Assembly (NCBI RefSeq): GCF_963921235.1
Contig: NC_086109.1
Span: 10,294,001 to 10,358,000 of the forward strand
Length of the DNA stretch: 64,000 nucleotides
Direction: 5' to 3'
Source: Mobula hypostoma
Lineage: Eukaryota
The translations under genes were made by a program, and so were the position numbers. Positions 11,944 through 23,714 of this stretch are shown here, one piece after another. The first letter of the stretch is position 1. Each line of letters starts with the position of its first letter. A model generated the notes under the pieces. The model ran no database searches. It saw nothing but the letters and a program-made list of their open reading frames with translations, and was not told where the DNA came from.

Positions 11944-12743
11944 AAAACTATTTGTAGCAGTATCACAGGCACATTACATCATATAAGCAGCATTCACATG
12001 AAAAGAAAAAAACATAAATAAACATAATTTAACAACAAAGAACACAATTAGAACAAAATCTCCATTTGAGTGCAAAGTGATCAAAATAGTTACAGTGCCA
12101 AACTGTAGTGATTAAGGTTTTGCTGGGGGGTGTTGGTTGAAAGGAAGTAGCTGGTCGTGTAGGACTTCAGGCTTCTGAACCTCCTGCCCAATGGTGTGCC
12201 CATGATATATTGGGTTGAGTCCACTACTCTCAGTGGCTTCTTAGGTTCCTGCACATTCAACTTGCCGTACCAGACCATGATGCAATAGTCAGGGCACTTT
12301 CAACAGGACATCTGTAGAAGTTTGTTCGTGGACAACGACAAGCTGAACTTCCTTAACCTCCCAAGAACGTGAAGACACTGGCACTGCTTTCCTAATGCTT
12401 TGTACAGACAGCATGCAGAACAAAGACTGTGCCTTAGTACATAGAGGTAGATTTGGAAATAAAGCGTTTACCCTTTCAGTGTATGAGAGACCTGTTCACG
12501 AGTTTGCTGGAAGGGACAGGAGCTGTCCTTCAGCCTGGTGACGTGCATTCTCGTTCTTCAGCCGGATGGGAGAGGAGAGAAGAAAGAGCGACTTTAACCT
12601 GAAACATTAACTCCGTCTCTTCCCACAGATGCAGCCTGACTTGCTGAGTGTTTGCAGCATTTTCTGGTTTTGTTTTATAATACATTAATACTGCATTTTC
12701 TTGAAAAGGAATTGCCAAGTCAGTGAGGTTCTGCCGGTTATGA

Positions 12744-12760
12744 GGCCACCAGATGGTGTC
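12744..12760 (+). promoter_or_regulatory. CTCF-like motif ggCCACCAGATGGTGtc
   Basis: Close to the CCASYAGRKGGCRS consensus (one core mismatch); overlaps the SINE head. Confidence 0.35.
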
Positions 12761-13030
12761 ACTGTAGCTTAGTGGTCAGCACAACGCTTTACAATACGGG
12801 CGACCCGGGTACATTCCCCAGCACTGCTTGTAAAGAGTTTGTATGTTCTCCCCGTAACTCTGTAGGTTTCCTCTGGGTGCTCCAGTTTCCTCCCACAGTC
12901 CAAAGTCTACCGGTTGGTAGGTTAATTGGTCATTGTAAATTGGTGGGTTGCTGCACAGTGTGGTTTGAAGGGCCGGAACAGCCTACACCATGCTGTCTCT
13001 CAATAAATAAAAATAAAAATAAATAATAAG
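12755..13030 (+). mobile_element. tRNA-derived SINE
   Basis: A box tagcttagtggtcagc, body gggtgctccagtttcctcccacagtccaaag, (aaat)n tail. Confidence 0.75.
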
Positions 13031-13274
13031 ATGCACAGATGAGGTAAAACATTTTGCTAATATTCACCATATTAGGATACATATTTGAAGAGAAAATCAA
13101 AGCCAATAGTTCTGATTATCAATTCATATTTATTTCAGATCCAAATTCAGGTTTACTTATCACACGTACATCAAAATATACAGTGAAACGCATTGTCTGC
13201 ATTAACAACCCACACACCCAAAGATGTGCTGGCAGTAGCCCGCAGGAGTCACCACACATTCTGCCATCAACATA

Positions 13275-14856
13275 CAGCACCTCTAAAAAGTAGTCACCCC
13301 CTCCCCTTCGAAGTTTTCATGTTTTATTGTTTTACAACATTGAATCACAGTGTATTTAATTTGGCTTTTTTTGACACTGATCAACAAAAAAAGATTGTGC
13401 TGTGTCAAAGTGAAAACAAATCTCTATAAAGTGATCTAAAAATATAAAACACAAAATAACTGATTGCATCAGTATTCACCCCCTTTAAATCATCATTGGT
13501 GCAGCCAATTGGTTTTTGATGTCACATAATTAGGTAATGGAGATACCTGTGTGCAGTCAAGATGTTTCAATTGATTTTAGTAAAAATTCACCTGCATCTG
13601 GAAGGTCCAACTGCTGGTAAGTCAGTATCCTGTCAAAAACTATGCCACGAAGACCAAAGAAAACTCGAAGCAACTCCACAAAAAGATTATTGAAAAGCAC
13701 GAGTCAGGAAATGGATACAAGAAAATTTCGATGTCACTGAATATCCCTTGGAGTACAGTTAAATCAATCATCAAGAAAAGGAAAGAATTTGGCACAGCTG
13801 TAAATCTGCCTAGAGCAGACCATCCTCAAAAACTGAGTGACCGTGCAAGAAGGGGATGAGTGAAGGAGGCCACCAAGAGACCTGTTGCAACTCTGGAGGG
13901 GTTACAAGCTTCAGTGGCTGAGATGGGAGAGACTGCAACAACTGCTGCCTGGGAGCTTCACCAGTCTCAGCTTTATGGGAGAGTGGCAAAGAGAAAGCCA
14001 CTGTTGAGAAGAAATCACATGAAATCTCGGCTAGAGTTTGCCAAAAGGCATGTGGGGTCTCTGAAGTCAGTGGGGAGAAGGTTCGATGGTCTGATGAAAC
14101 CGAAATTGAGCTTTTTGGATATCAGACTAAATGCTATGTTTGCCATAAGCCAAATACTGCCCATCATCAAAAACACATCATCCCTACCGTAAAGTATGGT
14201 GGTGCGTGCATCATTGTGTGGGGATGCTTCACTGCAGCAGGCCCTGGAAGGCTTATGAAGGTAGAAGGTAAAATGAATGCAGAAACGTAGAGAGAAATCC
14301 TGGTGCATTCTGCAAGAAAACTGCTACGTACTTGGGAGAAGATTTGTTTTCCAGCAAGACAATGACTTCAAGCATAAAGCCAAAGCTACACACATGAATG
14401 GCTTTAAAACAACAAAATTAATGCCCTGCAATGGCCAAGTCAGAGTCCAGACTTCAATCCAACTGACAATTTATGGCTGGACTTGAAGGGTTGTTTACTC
14501 ATGATCCCCATGCAATCTGACAGAGCTTGAACAGTTTGGTAAAGAAGAATGGGGAAAAATTGCAGTGTCCAGATGTGCAAAGCTGATAGAGATCTATCCG
14601 CACAGGTTCAGGGCTGTAATTGCTGCCAAAGGTGCTTCTACTAAATACTGACTTGAATGGGGTGAACTTATGCAATCAATTATTTTGTATAATTAATTTA
14701 GATCACTTTGTGGAGATGTATTTTATTTTCACAGGAAAACATCTTTTTCTGTTGATCAGAGTCAAAAAAAGCCAAATTAAATCCATTGTTTATTGTTTTA
14801 CAACTTTCGATCACATGAAAAGTTCCAACAGGGGTGACTACTTTTTATAGATACTG
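13275..14856 (+). mobile_element. Full-length degenerate Tc1-family DNA transposon (about 1.58 kb)
   Basis: TA TSD at 13273-13274 and 14857-14858. Termini cagcacctctaaaaagtagtcacccc / ggggtgactactttttatagatactg within ~200-bp TIRs. Inserted into a minus-strand SINE. Confidence 0.93.
13642..14652 (+). pseudogene. Disrupted Tc1 transposase
   Basis: Relics GYKKIS..LNIPWSTVKSIIKK, VKEATKRP, DETEIELF, FQQDNDFKHKAK and SPDFNPTDNLW; several stops and frameshifts. Confidence 0.9.
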
Positions 14857-15125
14857 TATGCCTAATATGTTCAGCAGAACAACACAAGCAACTACAACCA
14901 AACAAGACAAGACAACAATAGCAAAACAAACTCCTTTCCCACCCATTCAACACACACACACACACACAAACACCCCCACCCTCCAGCCCCAGGACAGATC
15001 AGTTTCCAGCCTCCATTGCAGTATTGCATATAGTAAGCTCTGTGATGGCAGGTATTAGCAAATGTTCCCTGCTCTGTCTGTGAATAGTTTTCTCACCATG
15101 TATAATCACTATAATTTACTTACTT

Positions 15126-15204
15126 CAAAGTTGCTGGTGAACGCAGCAGGCCAGGCAGCATCTCTAGGAAGAGGTACAGTCGACGTTTCAGGCCGAGACC
15201 CTTC
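15126..15204 (-). mobile_element. Short young Penelope-type fragment ending inside the hammerhead core
   Basis: aaagttgctggtgaacgcagcagg...gtcgacgtttcaggccgagacccttc. Confidence 0.75.
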
Positions 15205-15444
15205 TGAGCATCCTCAATTTAATTACTCTTTTGTTTTCTCAATGTAAGAACAGCCTTAGGAAAGGTGCATATTTCAGCCAGCCAAATTGGGTAATTTTCT
15301 TGTCAATCAAGTCTAGCGATCACGCTAGTAATTGAGAGTGACTTTATACACCATAATATGTAAGTAACTATCCTCCACTCGCTGTATATCCTGGCAAAAT
15401 TACCCTCCTTGTACTGAGGGAAGTTGCTTGTTGTAGTTGAGAGC

Positions 15445-16020
15445 ATAACGTAACAGTTAGCACGATGCTATTTTAGCTCGGGGCATCCCAGAGTTCAGAG
15501 TTCAATTCAGGCACCGTCTGCAAGGAGTTTGTAAGTTCCCATTATGAACCACATGGGTTTCCTCCAGGTGCTTGGGTTTCCTTGCACAGTCCAAAGACGT
15601 ACCAGTTAGTAGGCTAATTGGTCATAGTGAATCGTCTTGCAATTAGCCTGGTGTTCAACAGGTGGGTTGCTGGCTCATTGGGCCAGAAGGACCTGTTCAG
15701 CTCTGTACCTCTAAATAAATAAAGTAACATAGAATACTACAGCAAAGAACTGGCCCTTCAGCCACCATGTTATTCCAGCCTTGCCTCCCACTCAACTCGC
15801 CGTCTTTCTTTCATCCACGTGCCTATCCTAGAGCTGCTTAAATGCCCTTAATGTATCCGCCTCTATCACCACCCCGGCAACACATTCCACACACCCACCC
15901 TCCCTGTGTAAAAAAACCAACCTCTGACATCCCTCCCCTATACTTTCCTCCAATCACCTTAGAATTATGCCCTCTTATATTAGCCATTTCTGCCCTAGGA
16001 AAATATCGCTGGCTGCACAC
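15445..16020. mobile_element. tRNA-SINE (+, 15445-15725) abutting a CR1 3' end (-, 15725-16020)
   Basis: gagttcaattc B box and (aaat)n tail; minus-strand relic RGHNSKVIGGKYRG. Confidence 0.7.
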
Positions 16021-16642
16021 TAAGCCTCTTCAAAGTTCAAAGTACATATAGGTTACCATATACAACCCTGAGATTCATTTTCTTGCAGGCATTCACAGTA
16101 AATCCAAGAAACCCAATAGAATCAATGAGAGATCACACCCAACAGGACAAAAAACCAATGTGCAAAAGACAACAAATTCTGCAAATTCAAAAGAAACAGA
16201 AGTAATAGGCAATAAATATCGAGAATATGAGATGAAGAGTCCTTGAAAGTGAGTCAATAGTTTGTGGAATCAGTTCAGAGATGAGATGAGTGAAGTTATC
16301 CAAGCTGATTCAGAACCCTGATGATTGTAGGGTAATAACTGTTCCTGAATCTGGAGGTGTGGGATCTAAGGCTCCAGTCGGGAGCAGGTTTAATCAATTT
16401 TTGACACACCCAGGTGGCCGTACTTGCCTATGTGGAATGATTTGAATAGGTCATTCATATTCAGTGAGTGTTTAAGTTCCAGAAGACATGCCCGACGTAA
16501 ACAGAGCTGAATGGGACTAACATCAAATAGCTGGAATCTCTGCTGTGTCGTCAGGGCAACAGAAATTAACCGTACTTGATTTCCATGCTGAACCTATATA
16601 CATTGGCTGATATGGCAGACACAGATTAACCGGAGTAACTGA

Positions 16643-17522
16643 AGTTACGTCCACACTAGACCAGATAAATCCGTAACTGAAGCTTTTTCTCTTCGTTTTG
16701 ACCCTCTGTCCACACTGAAACGGCGTTTTCCTCCCCCGAAAATGGAGATTTTCAGAAACGCTCTCCACAGTTAATAAATCTGAAAACGCCTAATGTCGGC
16801 CGTTGTAGTGTACGGGGTAACCGGCTAATTTTTAAAACCGCTGTCATGACGTGCCGGAACAAATGGTGGCGGCAGCGTGGCATTTCATTGTGTTCTTGAA
16901 GGCAACCTCCAACACCACAACAATATCTGACAGTAGATGTGTCACAGCCTAATGTAGCATTGTATGGAAATACAAGATAACACTGATGCAGACACGTTTT
17001 ATGCATTTAACAGGTGCTTTATTAATGTATTGCTTGTGCAAACATTCAATAGATGCAATTGTCACTTTTGCCCAATAACTCGTTTTATTGCACATGTTAA
17101 ATACAGCAAAATAATACACAAAGACATGGCAAAAGTAAAGGCAAACAAATGAGGTAACAGCAAATTTCACTTTTGCCCAGTAACAAGCCTTATTGCATTT
17201 AGTTGTAGCTGTTGTCCCTTTCATCGGTGAAGAGACTATGGCTGTAGGAAATGTTTCTGGACAAACGCGCACCAAGTCTTTCGTTTGGCAATTTCCTTTT
17301 AAGTTTTTCTAGTCTGTAACGGGACAAACGCACACCAAGTATACCGTTTCCTCTTCGCTTGTTTTCTGTGTGTCCTGCACATGCCCAGTAGGAGGAGATT
17401 CGCCCAAATATCCGTTTTAATGTGGACAGAGGTATTTTTAAAAACGCTTAGTGTAAAAACACCTGTCGTTTTTATGCGAAACTGGCGTTTTCAAAATTGT
17501 CCGGTCTCGTGTGGACGTAGCC
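16643..17522. mobile_element. Non-autonomous DNA transposon, PIF/Harbinger-like TIRs
   Basis: Left agttacgtccacactagaccaga; right tccggtctcgtgtggacgtagcc (rc ggctacgtccacacgagaccgga). Subterminal gaaaacg / ccacac repeats, CpG-retaining, no ORF. TSD unclear. Confidence 0.75.
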
Positions 17523-18159
17523 ATAGTCACAGCATGGAAACGGCCCATCACGTCCATGTCGTCCCATTTGGTTCACCTGCAGCCAGAGACACTCTCCCAG
17601 GACAGAAATGGCTAATACAAGGAAGCATAATTATAAGGTGTTGGTCATATAGTGGGGACACCAGAGGTATGTTTTGTTTTTACACAGCCTGTTGGGTGCG
17701 TGGAGTGCACTGGCAGGGTGGTGGTAGGGACATTTAAGAGACTCTTATGTAGGTACATGGATGATAGAAAATGGAGTGCGATGGAGGAGTGAAGGGTAAG
17801 ATTGATTTTGGAGTAGGTTAAGGGGTCAGCACAACATTGTGGGCCAAAGGGCCTGTACTACGCTGCAGTGTTCTACATTCTACGTACAATAATCTCATTT
17901 TCCCACATTAGGTTCATAGCCTTCATGCCCTGCCTCTTTATGTGATTGTCTAACTGTACTTGACCATGTTATCTCCTCTGACCTAAACACAAGAGATTCT
18001 GCAGATGCTACAAATCCAGAGTAACACACACAAAATGCTGAAGGAACTCAGCAGGTCAAGCAACATCTATGGAAAGGAATAAAGAGTCGATGTTTTGGGC
18101 CAATACTCTTCAACAGGGCTTTTAGTGTGTGTTCTAGATAACAACTGCACTTGGTACCA

Positions 18160-18630
18160 AAAAATTTACCCCTCTGGTCCCCTTCAACACTCCTTACTTT
18201 CCTCTTACACCTACGTCCTCTTCCTTATACCTTTAACACGGGAGAAAGATAATGTCTCCTCTGTCTATGCCTCTCATAATCTTATAAACAATTATCATCT
18301 CACTCCACTGCCTCCTTCACTCCAGGGTGAACAAGTCCAACCTGTCCAATCTCTCCACATGACTAAACTTGTCCAATGCAGGCAACATTCCGGTGAATCT
18401 CCTCCGGCCTCTCCCCAGTGCAATCATATCCCTCCAATGGTATGGTGACTGGAACAACTCACAATACCTCAAATATGGCCACAACAATGATTTGTAAAGT
18501 GGCAAAATAAACTCTCAACTTTAGATATCCTGTGTCCCGGACTATGAAGGCAAGCATTCCATGCACCTTTGTCACAACACTCTCAGCCTGTGTTACCACC
18601 TTCATGGAACTGTGGACTTCAACTTTCTGT
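18160..18630 (-). mobile_element. CR1-type LINE fragment
   Basis: Relic LYKSLLWPYLRYCELFQSPY...RRFTGMLP. Confidence 0.75.
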
Positions 18631-18797
18631 CCAACAATGTTTGTAATTTTTTCAATTTTTATCTAGAGGTAACAGCACAGCAACAGGGTCCTTCTTGTTC
18701 AACGAGCCCACGTCACCCAGTTACACCCACGTGACCAATAAAACTGCTAACCCCCATGTCTTCAGAATGTGGGAGGAAACCCACACAGTCAGGGGGA

Positions 18798-19128
18798 TGT
18801 TACAAACTGTAAAGTTTTAGAGACAAACCAGCAGCAAGAGATTTCACACTGATTTGGGTTTTAATGTTAAAACCACCATCTTTATTAGTATCTACTTATA
18901 ATATAGTAACTCAACCAAGATAGACAAAAGTTAACAGTGTTATGTATATATATGTGTGTAAGTATAACTCCCAAACACACACACACACACACTCTCTCTC
19001 TCTCTCTCTCTCTCTCTCTAAAAATCTGAAGCAAACTCCTTCAGCCTGTGACTGACATCATAGTCCCACCTCACTCAGGCGCTTAAAAGCGACAGTCCAC
19101 AGTAAATGAAACCTGTGGGTTCGTAACA
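18798..19128 (-). mobile_element. Solo LTR (331 bp) inside a SINE
   Basis: TGTTAC...GTAACA termini, 4-bp TSD ggga (18794-18797, 19129-19132), minus-strand AATAAA near 18881, internal (CA)n(TC)n. Confidence 0.85.
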
Positions 19129-19892
19129 GGGAGAATGTATAAACTCCTTACAGACAACGGTGGAAGTTGAACCCAGAATGCTGATGCTGTAATAACATTA
19201 CAAAAACTGCCACGTTACTGGCCTATTTAACACCCTATCATTTATAGTATCTGCCCGCCCCCTACTGTCTTCCCAAACTGTGTCACCTCACACTTCTCAG
19301 AATTAAGTTCCATCTGCCACTGCTCTGCACAATTTCCGATCTGATCTCCATTCTGCTGTGGACTTAGAAAAGGCTTTTTAAATACTCAATGCAATACCAG
19401 TGCTGACATATGTTCCTAAGCCTTTCAAAAATAGCCTGTGCTCTCTCGCAGTGCCCTGCAGAATGAGAATCAGGTTCATTATCACTGACATATATCATGA
19501 AATACATTGCAAAGAAATAAGTAAGTAGATACATAGATACCTCTCTTTTCTGCTCTCTCTTTGCACTACCTATTTAATATATATATATATAGTTATTCCT
19601 TACCATGTCCTCTGGCACATTGGCTGGCAACCTTGCTGTTTCTTCTGCATTTTTGACTGTATTTTATGAGGCCGAGTTGGTAGCTCGACACTCAACCCAG
19701 CACGGGTGGAAAGCATGCAGACAACTAGCCAGATTCGAACCTGGGAGCACTTGCCTTGAATTGCGGTGCAGCTGCCACTATGCCATCAGCCGGCTATAAA
19801 ATGTTATATTTCTTATTGTAATTTATAGTTTTTTTATATTTGCAATGTACGGCTGCCACAAAACGATGAATTTCATGACATATGTCATTGAT

Positions 19893-20268
19893 AGGGTGGT
19901 GGGGTGGAGATGTGTCTCTACCAAGGGAGGTGTAAGGTGCTCCTTCCCTCCGCTAGCCTGCAGGTCGCCCTTGGGCAAGGTGTAGCACCTGCTTGGCCCC
20001 CGATCAGGGTCACGTGAAGCCACGGGAGAAGATGGTGGATGGTCGTATGAGTGGCTGGTGGATATCACATCCTGGTTATGTGACCACTGACGTCAAGGGC
20101 AGACAATCTCTGAAGAGTATTGATAATAGCTGGGGTCACCCGTCTTGTAAAGACACTGCCCAGAAGAAGACAATTGCAAACCACTTTTATAGAAAAACTT
20201 GGCTAGAACAATCATGGTCATGGAAAGACAATGATTGCCCACATCATACAACATGGCAGAAAATGATA
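19893..20268 (+). mobile_element. RTE-related non-autonomous retroelement (sister of 36360-36790)
   Basis: Structured 5' part plus 3' gaagaagacaattgcaaaccactt...catggtc, similar to RTE/BovB-type 3' ends; a second copy lies on the minus strand. Confidence 0.65.
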
Positions 20269-20321
20269 TTAAACCTGATTCTGATTCTAGATAGATGGTG
20301 CAAAAGAGAAAGTGAGGTTGC

Positions 20322-20488
20322 CTGAGCCAATAGGCTGGTCCTGGACTTATTTCCTGGCATAATTTACATATTATTATTTAATTATTTATGGTTTTATATG
20401 GCTATATTTATACCCTGTTCTTGGTTGGTGCAACTGTAACGAAACCAAATTTCCCTCGGGATCAATAAAGTATGACTATGACTATGAC
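20322..20488 (+). mobile_element. Rex1/Babar-like LINE 3' end
   Basis: ctgagccaataggctggtcctggac...cgggatcaataaagta(tgacta)n; same end as 42705-43250 and 47068-48617. Confidence 0.8.
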
Positions 20489-20845
20489 TTTCATGGCTTC
20501 ATGGGCCTTTCACAATCAGATGGTAGAGGGGAAGATGCTTTTGCTAAAATGCTGAGTGTGTGTCTTCAGGCTCCTGTACCTCCTCCTTGATGGTAGTAGT
20601 GAGAAGAGGGCTTCTCCCTCTACATTCAGTTTTAACAAAGGACTGCAGCTGGTGCATTAATGTGAAAATATCATAATTAGCTATGGGGTTAAAGGGAGAA
20701 AGTAAGAGAATGGGGTTGAAAGAAAAGATCAGCCATGATTGAATGGCAGAGCAGATGGGCTGAATGGCCTGATTTTTCTCTTCTATAGCCTTATCATTGA
20801 TAAGAAATGATTTTTTTTTAACATAACTGTTTTTTATTTTTTCAG

Positions 20846-20936
20846 GTTGCATGGTGTGAATGAAAGAATACCTGTGAGGAACTATGAAGAGGTGGTTCAG
20901 TTTTACTTTACCTTGATACAGAACTCAGACTCTTAG
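20846..20936 (+). CDS. PM20D1: PM20D1-like terminal coding exon: (R)[29 protein letters not shown]
   Basis: Acceptor ttttttatttttcag, phase 2 completes the Arg codon. HGVNE motif contains the C-terminal metal-binding His of M20 peptidases. TAG at 20934-20936. Confidence 0.93.
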
Positions 20937-22860
20937 TGCCTCCCAGGTTCCCACAATTCCTCCTATGATCTGCAGGGAACGAGCCAACAGAAGGCCCCAG
21001 GATCAATGCAATCTTGAAACGTATGAAGTTCTCACAAACCTCGCCAGCAGTTAATTCCTTCCACAGCTCTTGAAGTGGATTCAGAAAAAAGACGCAACCT
21101 CATTTCTGCATATCAAAGGATAAACTTTTGACAGCACATGCTTTTGGAATGTCGAGGCACGTGGGTGTTTGGAACAGGGTATCCGTAGAACTGGTTTACT
21201 AAGTCTTCCTGAAAGGATGAGGAAGTTGTTCTCAGAGCAGTCCGGGACATGTTAGTGCTGTGGATACTAGTGGGAGAAATTGCTCCTTTAAACTGTTGTC
21301 CCTTGCTCGTGGAATCGCTTGATAATGGACAATTCAGAGAAGCTGAGGAACATCTGAATCCAGATGAATTTTTTTTGCAGCAGAACATGCCTTTGCTGTT
21401 AACGGGCACATGAAGAAACACTAAATGAATGAGACCTTGACCTTGGTTGCAATAGCAAGGCCTCGTCTAATTCTAATCAATATGACTATCAGTTAACTAC
21501 AATATGACTTATCACCACAGGCTGGAAATACTCCGCAGGTCAGATTCAAAAGGCATCTATGGATGTGGAAGGAAACAGGGAATAATGTCTTGTCTTATCC
21601 ATACTGCACCAACCATGGATCAACCATGATTGTATTTGAATGGCAGGACAGGCTCAAAGGGCCAAATGGCTTACTGGTCCTACTTTGGCATTTCTAAGAC
21701 AGGTTGCATCCTTGTGGAGGGAATCAGAGTTAATCATTGATCCAAAGCATTAACCCTGATTCCCTCTCGACAGAAGCTGACTGACATTGTATCTTGTAAT
21801 GACATAGAACGAGACTGTTCAGTCTTGAAGATCCATACCATCATCCAGGGGTGCAATTCTCATTAATCTCTTTCTTCTCTCCCCTGCAATTACCACACGG
21901 CCACCAGTTTCCCTTGACGTGTTTTTGCCAATGACCTAGGCGGGCCAGCCAGCATCTATGGAGAAGAGTAAACAATCGATGTTTTGGGCCGAGACCCTTC
22001 GTCAGGACTGAGAAAGAAGATGAAAGGTGCCAGGATAAAAAGATGGGGGGAGGGGCCCGTCTTCAGGACTCGGCCCGAAACCTCGACTGTGTACTCTTTT
22101 CCCTAGATACTGCCTGGCCTGCTGAGTTCCTCCAGCATTTTGTGTATTTTTATATACGCAATTTCCATTTACCTACTAGCACATTGTTGTGATGTTGGAA
22201 ACCAGGGAACTGGCAGAAAGCCAACCGGTCACAGAGAGACCTGCTGAGTTCTTCCAGCATGTTTGCCGTTTACTACAACTGGAGTACTTCACTTTTAAAT
22301 TGCACAAATCCACGTGATTACATATAGCAGTGCAGTGATTACTTTGCCAGATGTGCAGACCATTGCACAATCTCGAATCCAATCACAGCACAGGGAAATT
22401 TAAATTCATCTAAATAATTAGCAACTCACGTCAACAGTGACCATGAAACTTTGGTCTGAGAACTCTACCCTCCTTTCTGTGTGACCCCATACTCATCAGT
22501 ATGGATTGACTGTTAACTGTTGACGGTTAGAGACAATTAAGGAGGGACATTAATTGCTGGTGTTACCGATAAATGCCTTCTCTACATATCATTCAATATC
22601 TTTTGAGTGATGTAGATTTTATGGATTTATATTTAACATATAATATTTTCAACATAATATTTATTGACCAAAGTTAATGTATATTAATTTCATTCCTCTA
22701 TAAATTATAAAGCTAAAGTTTACACTATTCTGAAAAGGGAATTTCTTCCAGCTAGGCTCCTGATTTCCCTTGTCAGATCAGTATATTAGTTATTGCCATA
22801 ATAAATATTTTTGAGTGGTCGAATTGAAATCTTTCAGGATCATGTACTCTTGTGTTGTCC
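20937..22860 (+). other. PM20D1: Probable PM20D1 3'UTR with polyadenylation signal AATAAA at 22800-22805
   Basis: Largely non-repetitive sequence after the stop, AT-rich block 22560-22800, AATAAA followed by a GT-rich tract (tgtactcttgtgttgtcc). The end point is inferred. Confidence 0.5.
21940..22145. mobile_element. Old inverted (fold-back) Penelope-type remnant in the putative PM20D1 3'UTR
   Basis: Minus arm 21940-22050, plus arm 22070-22145. Confidence 0.65.
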
Positions 22861-23134
22861 GTTCATAATCTAATTTAATTCAAGTTTAATTGTTGTTCAA
22901 CCATACACGAACAGTCATGAATACAGCCAAACGAGATAGTGTTACTCCACGGTCAAGGTGCTAAACCCCACGTGAATCAGATCAGTTCATTGTCAGATAC
23001 ACGAGGGAAGCAATGGAATTCCTCACAAGCATGCGTGATCATAGTCCTGGCGTTAGAAAATGGAAGGCTCAGCTGAATGTTGGCGCCAGAACGTGTGGTG
23101 GCACTTACAGACTGCCCCTAGCACATCCACGGCA

Positions 23135-23445
23135 GAACGGTAGCATAGTGGTTAGCGCAAAGCCGTGCAGCAACGGCTGTAAGATCGGGGTTTGAGTCCC
23201 ACCATCTGTGAGGAGTGTGTACGTTCTCCCCATGACTGCGTGGGTTTCCTCCGGGTGCTCCAGTTTCCTCCCACATTTCAAAGACGTACGGGTTAGGGTT
23301 AGTAAGTTGTGGGCGTGCTACGTTGGCATCAGAAGCATAGTGACTTGTGGGCTGCCCAGCACAATCCTCACTGATTTGATTTGACACAAACGATGCACTT
23401 CACTGCAAGTTCCAATGTACATGTGACAAATAAAGCTAGTCTTTA
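23135..23445 (+). mobile_element. tRNA-derived SINE
   Basis: ggtagcatagtggttagcg A box, ggggtttgagtccc B box, conserved body and tail. Confidence 0.8.
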
Positions 23446-23714
23446 CCTTATCGTTTGTGGTTAACACAAGTGACAGATTTCACTGCAGGTTTTGATGTAC
23501 GTGTAATAAATTAATCTGAATGTGAATGTTCCTTCCAGCAGCTTACTGAATGCAAGCAATGCTTACCTTCTTGCTTCTTGACAGTTTCTTGGGCAGTACT
23601 GTGATGCAGTTAGCGGAGCCACCGCCTCACAGCACCAGTGACGAGGGTTCAGTGCTGATCTCTGGTGCTGCCTGTGAAGAGTTTGCACGTTCATTTGGAC
23701 CTTTGTTGGACCTT

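Noticed and set aside
19893..20000. HDV-like ribozyme at the 5' end of the RTE-like element
   Set aside because: Some pairings exist (aggtgct/agcacct and the ggtggaga...tctctacc hairpin), but I could not fit the nested double pseudoknot or a J4/2 catalytic C.
22060..22095. Active hammerhead in the PM20D1 3'UTR
   Set aside because: The sense-strand arm lacks the CUGANGA box and has an altered stem III, so it is predicted inactive.
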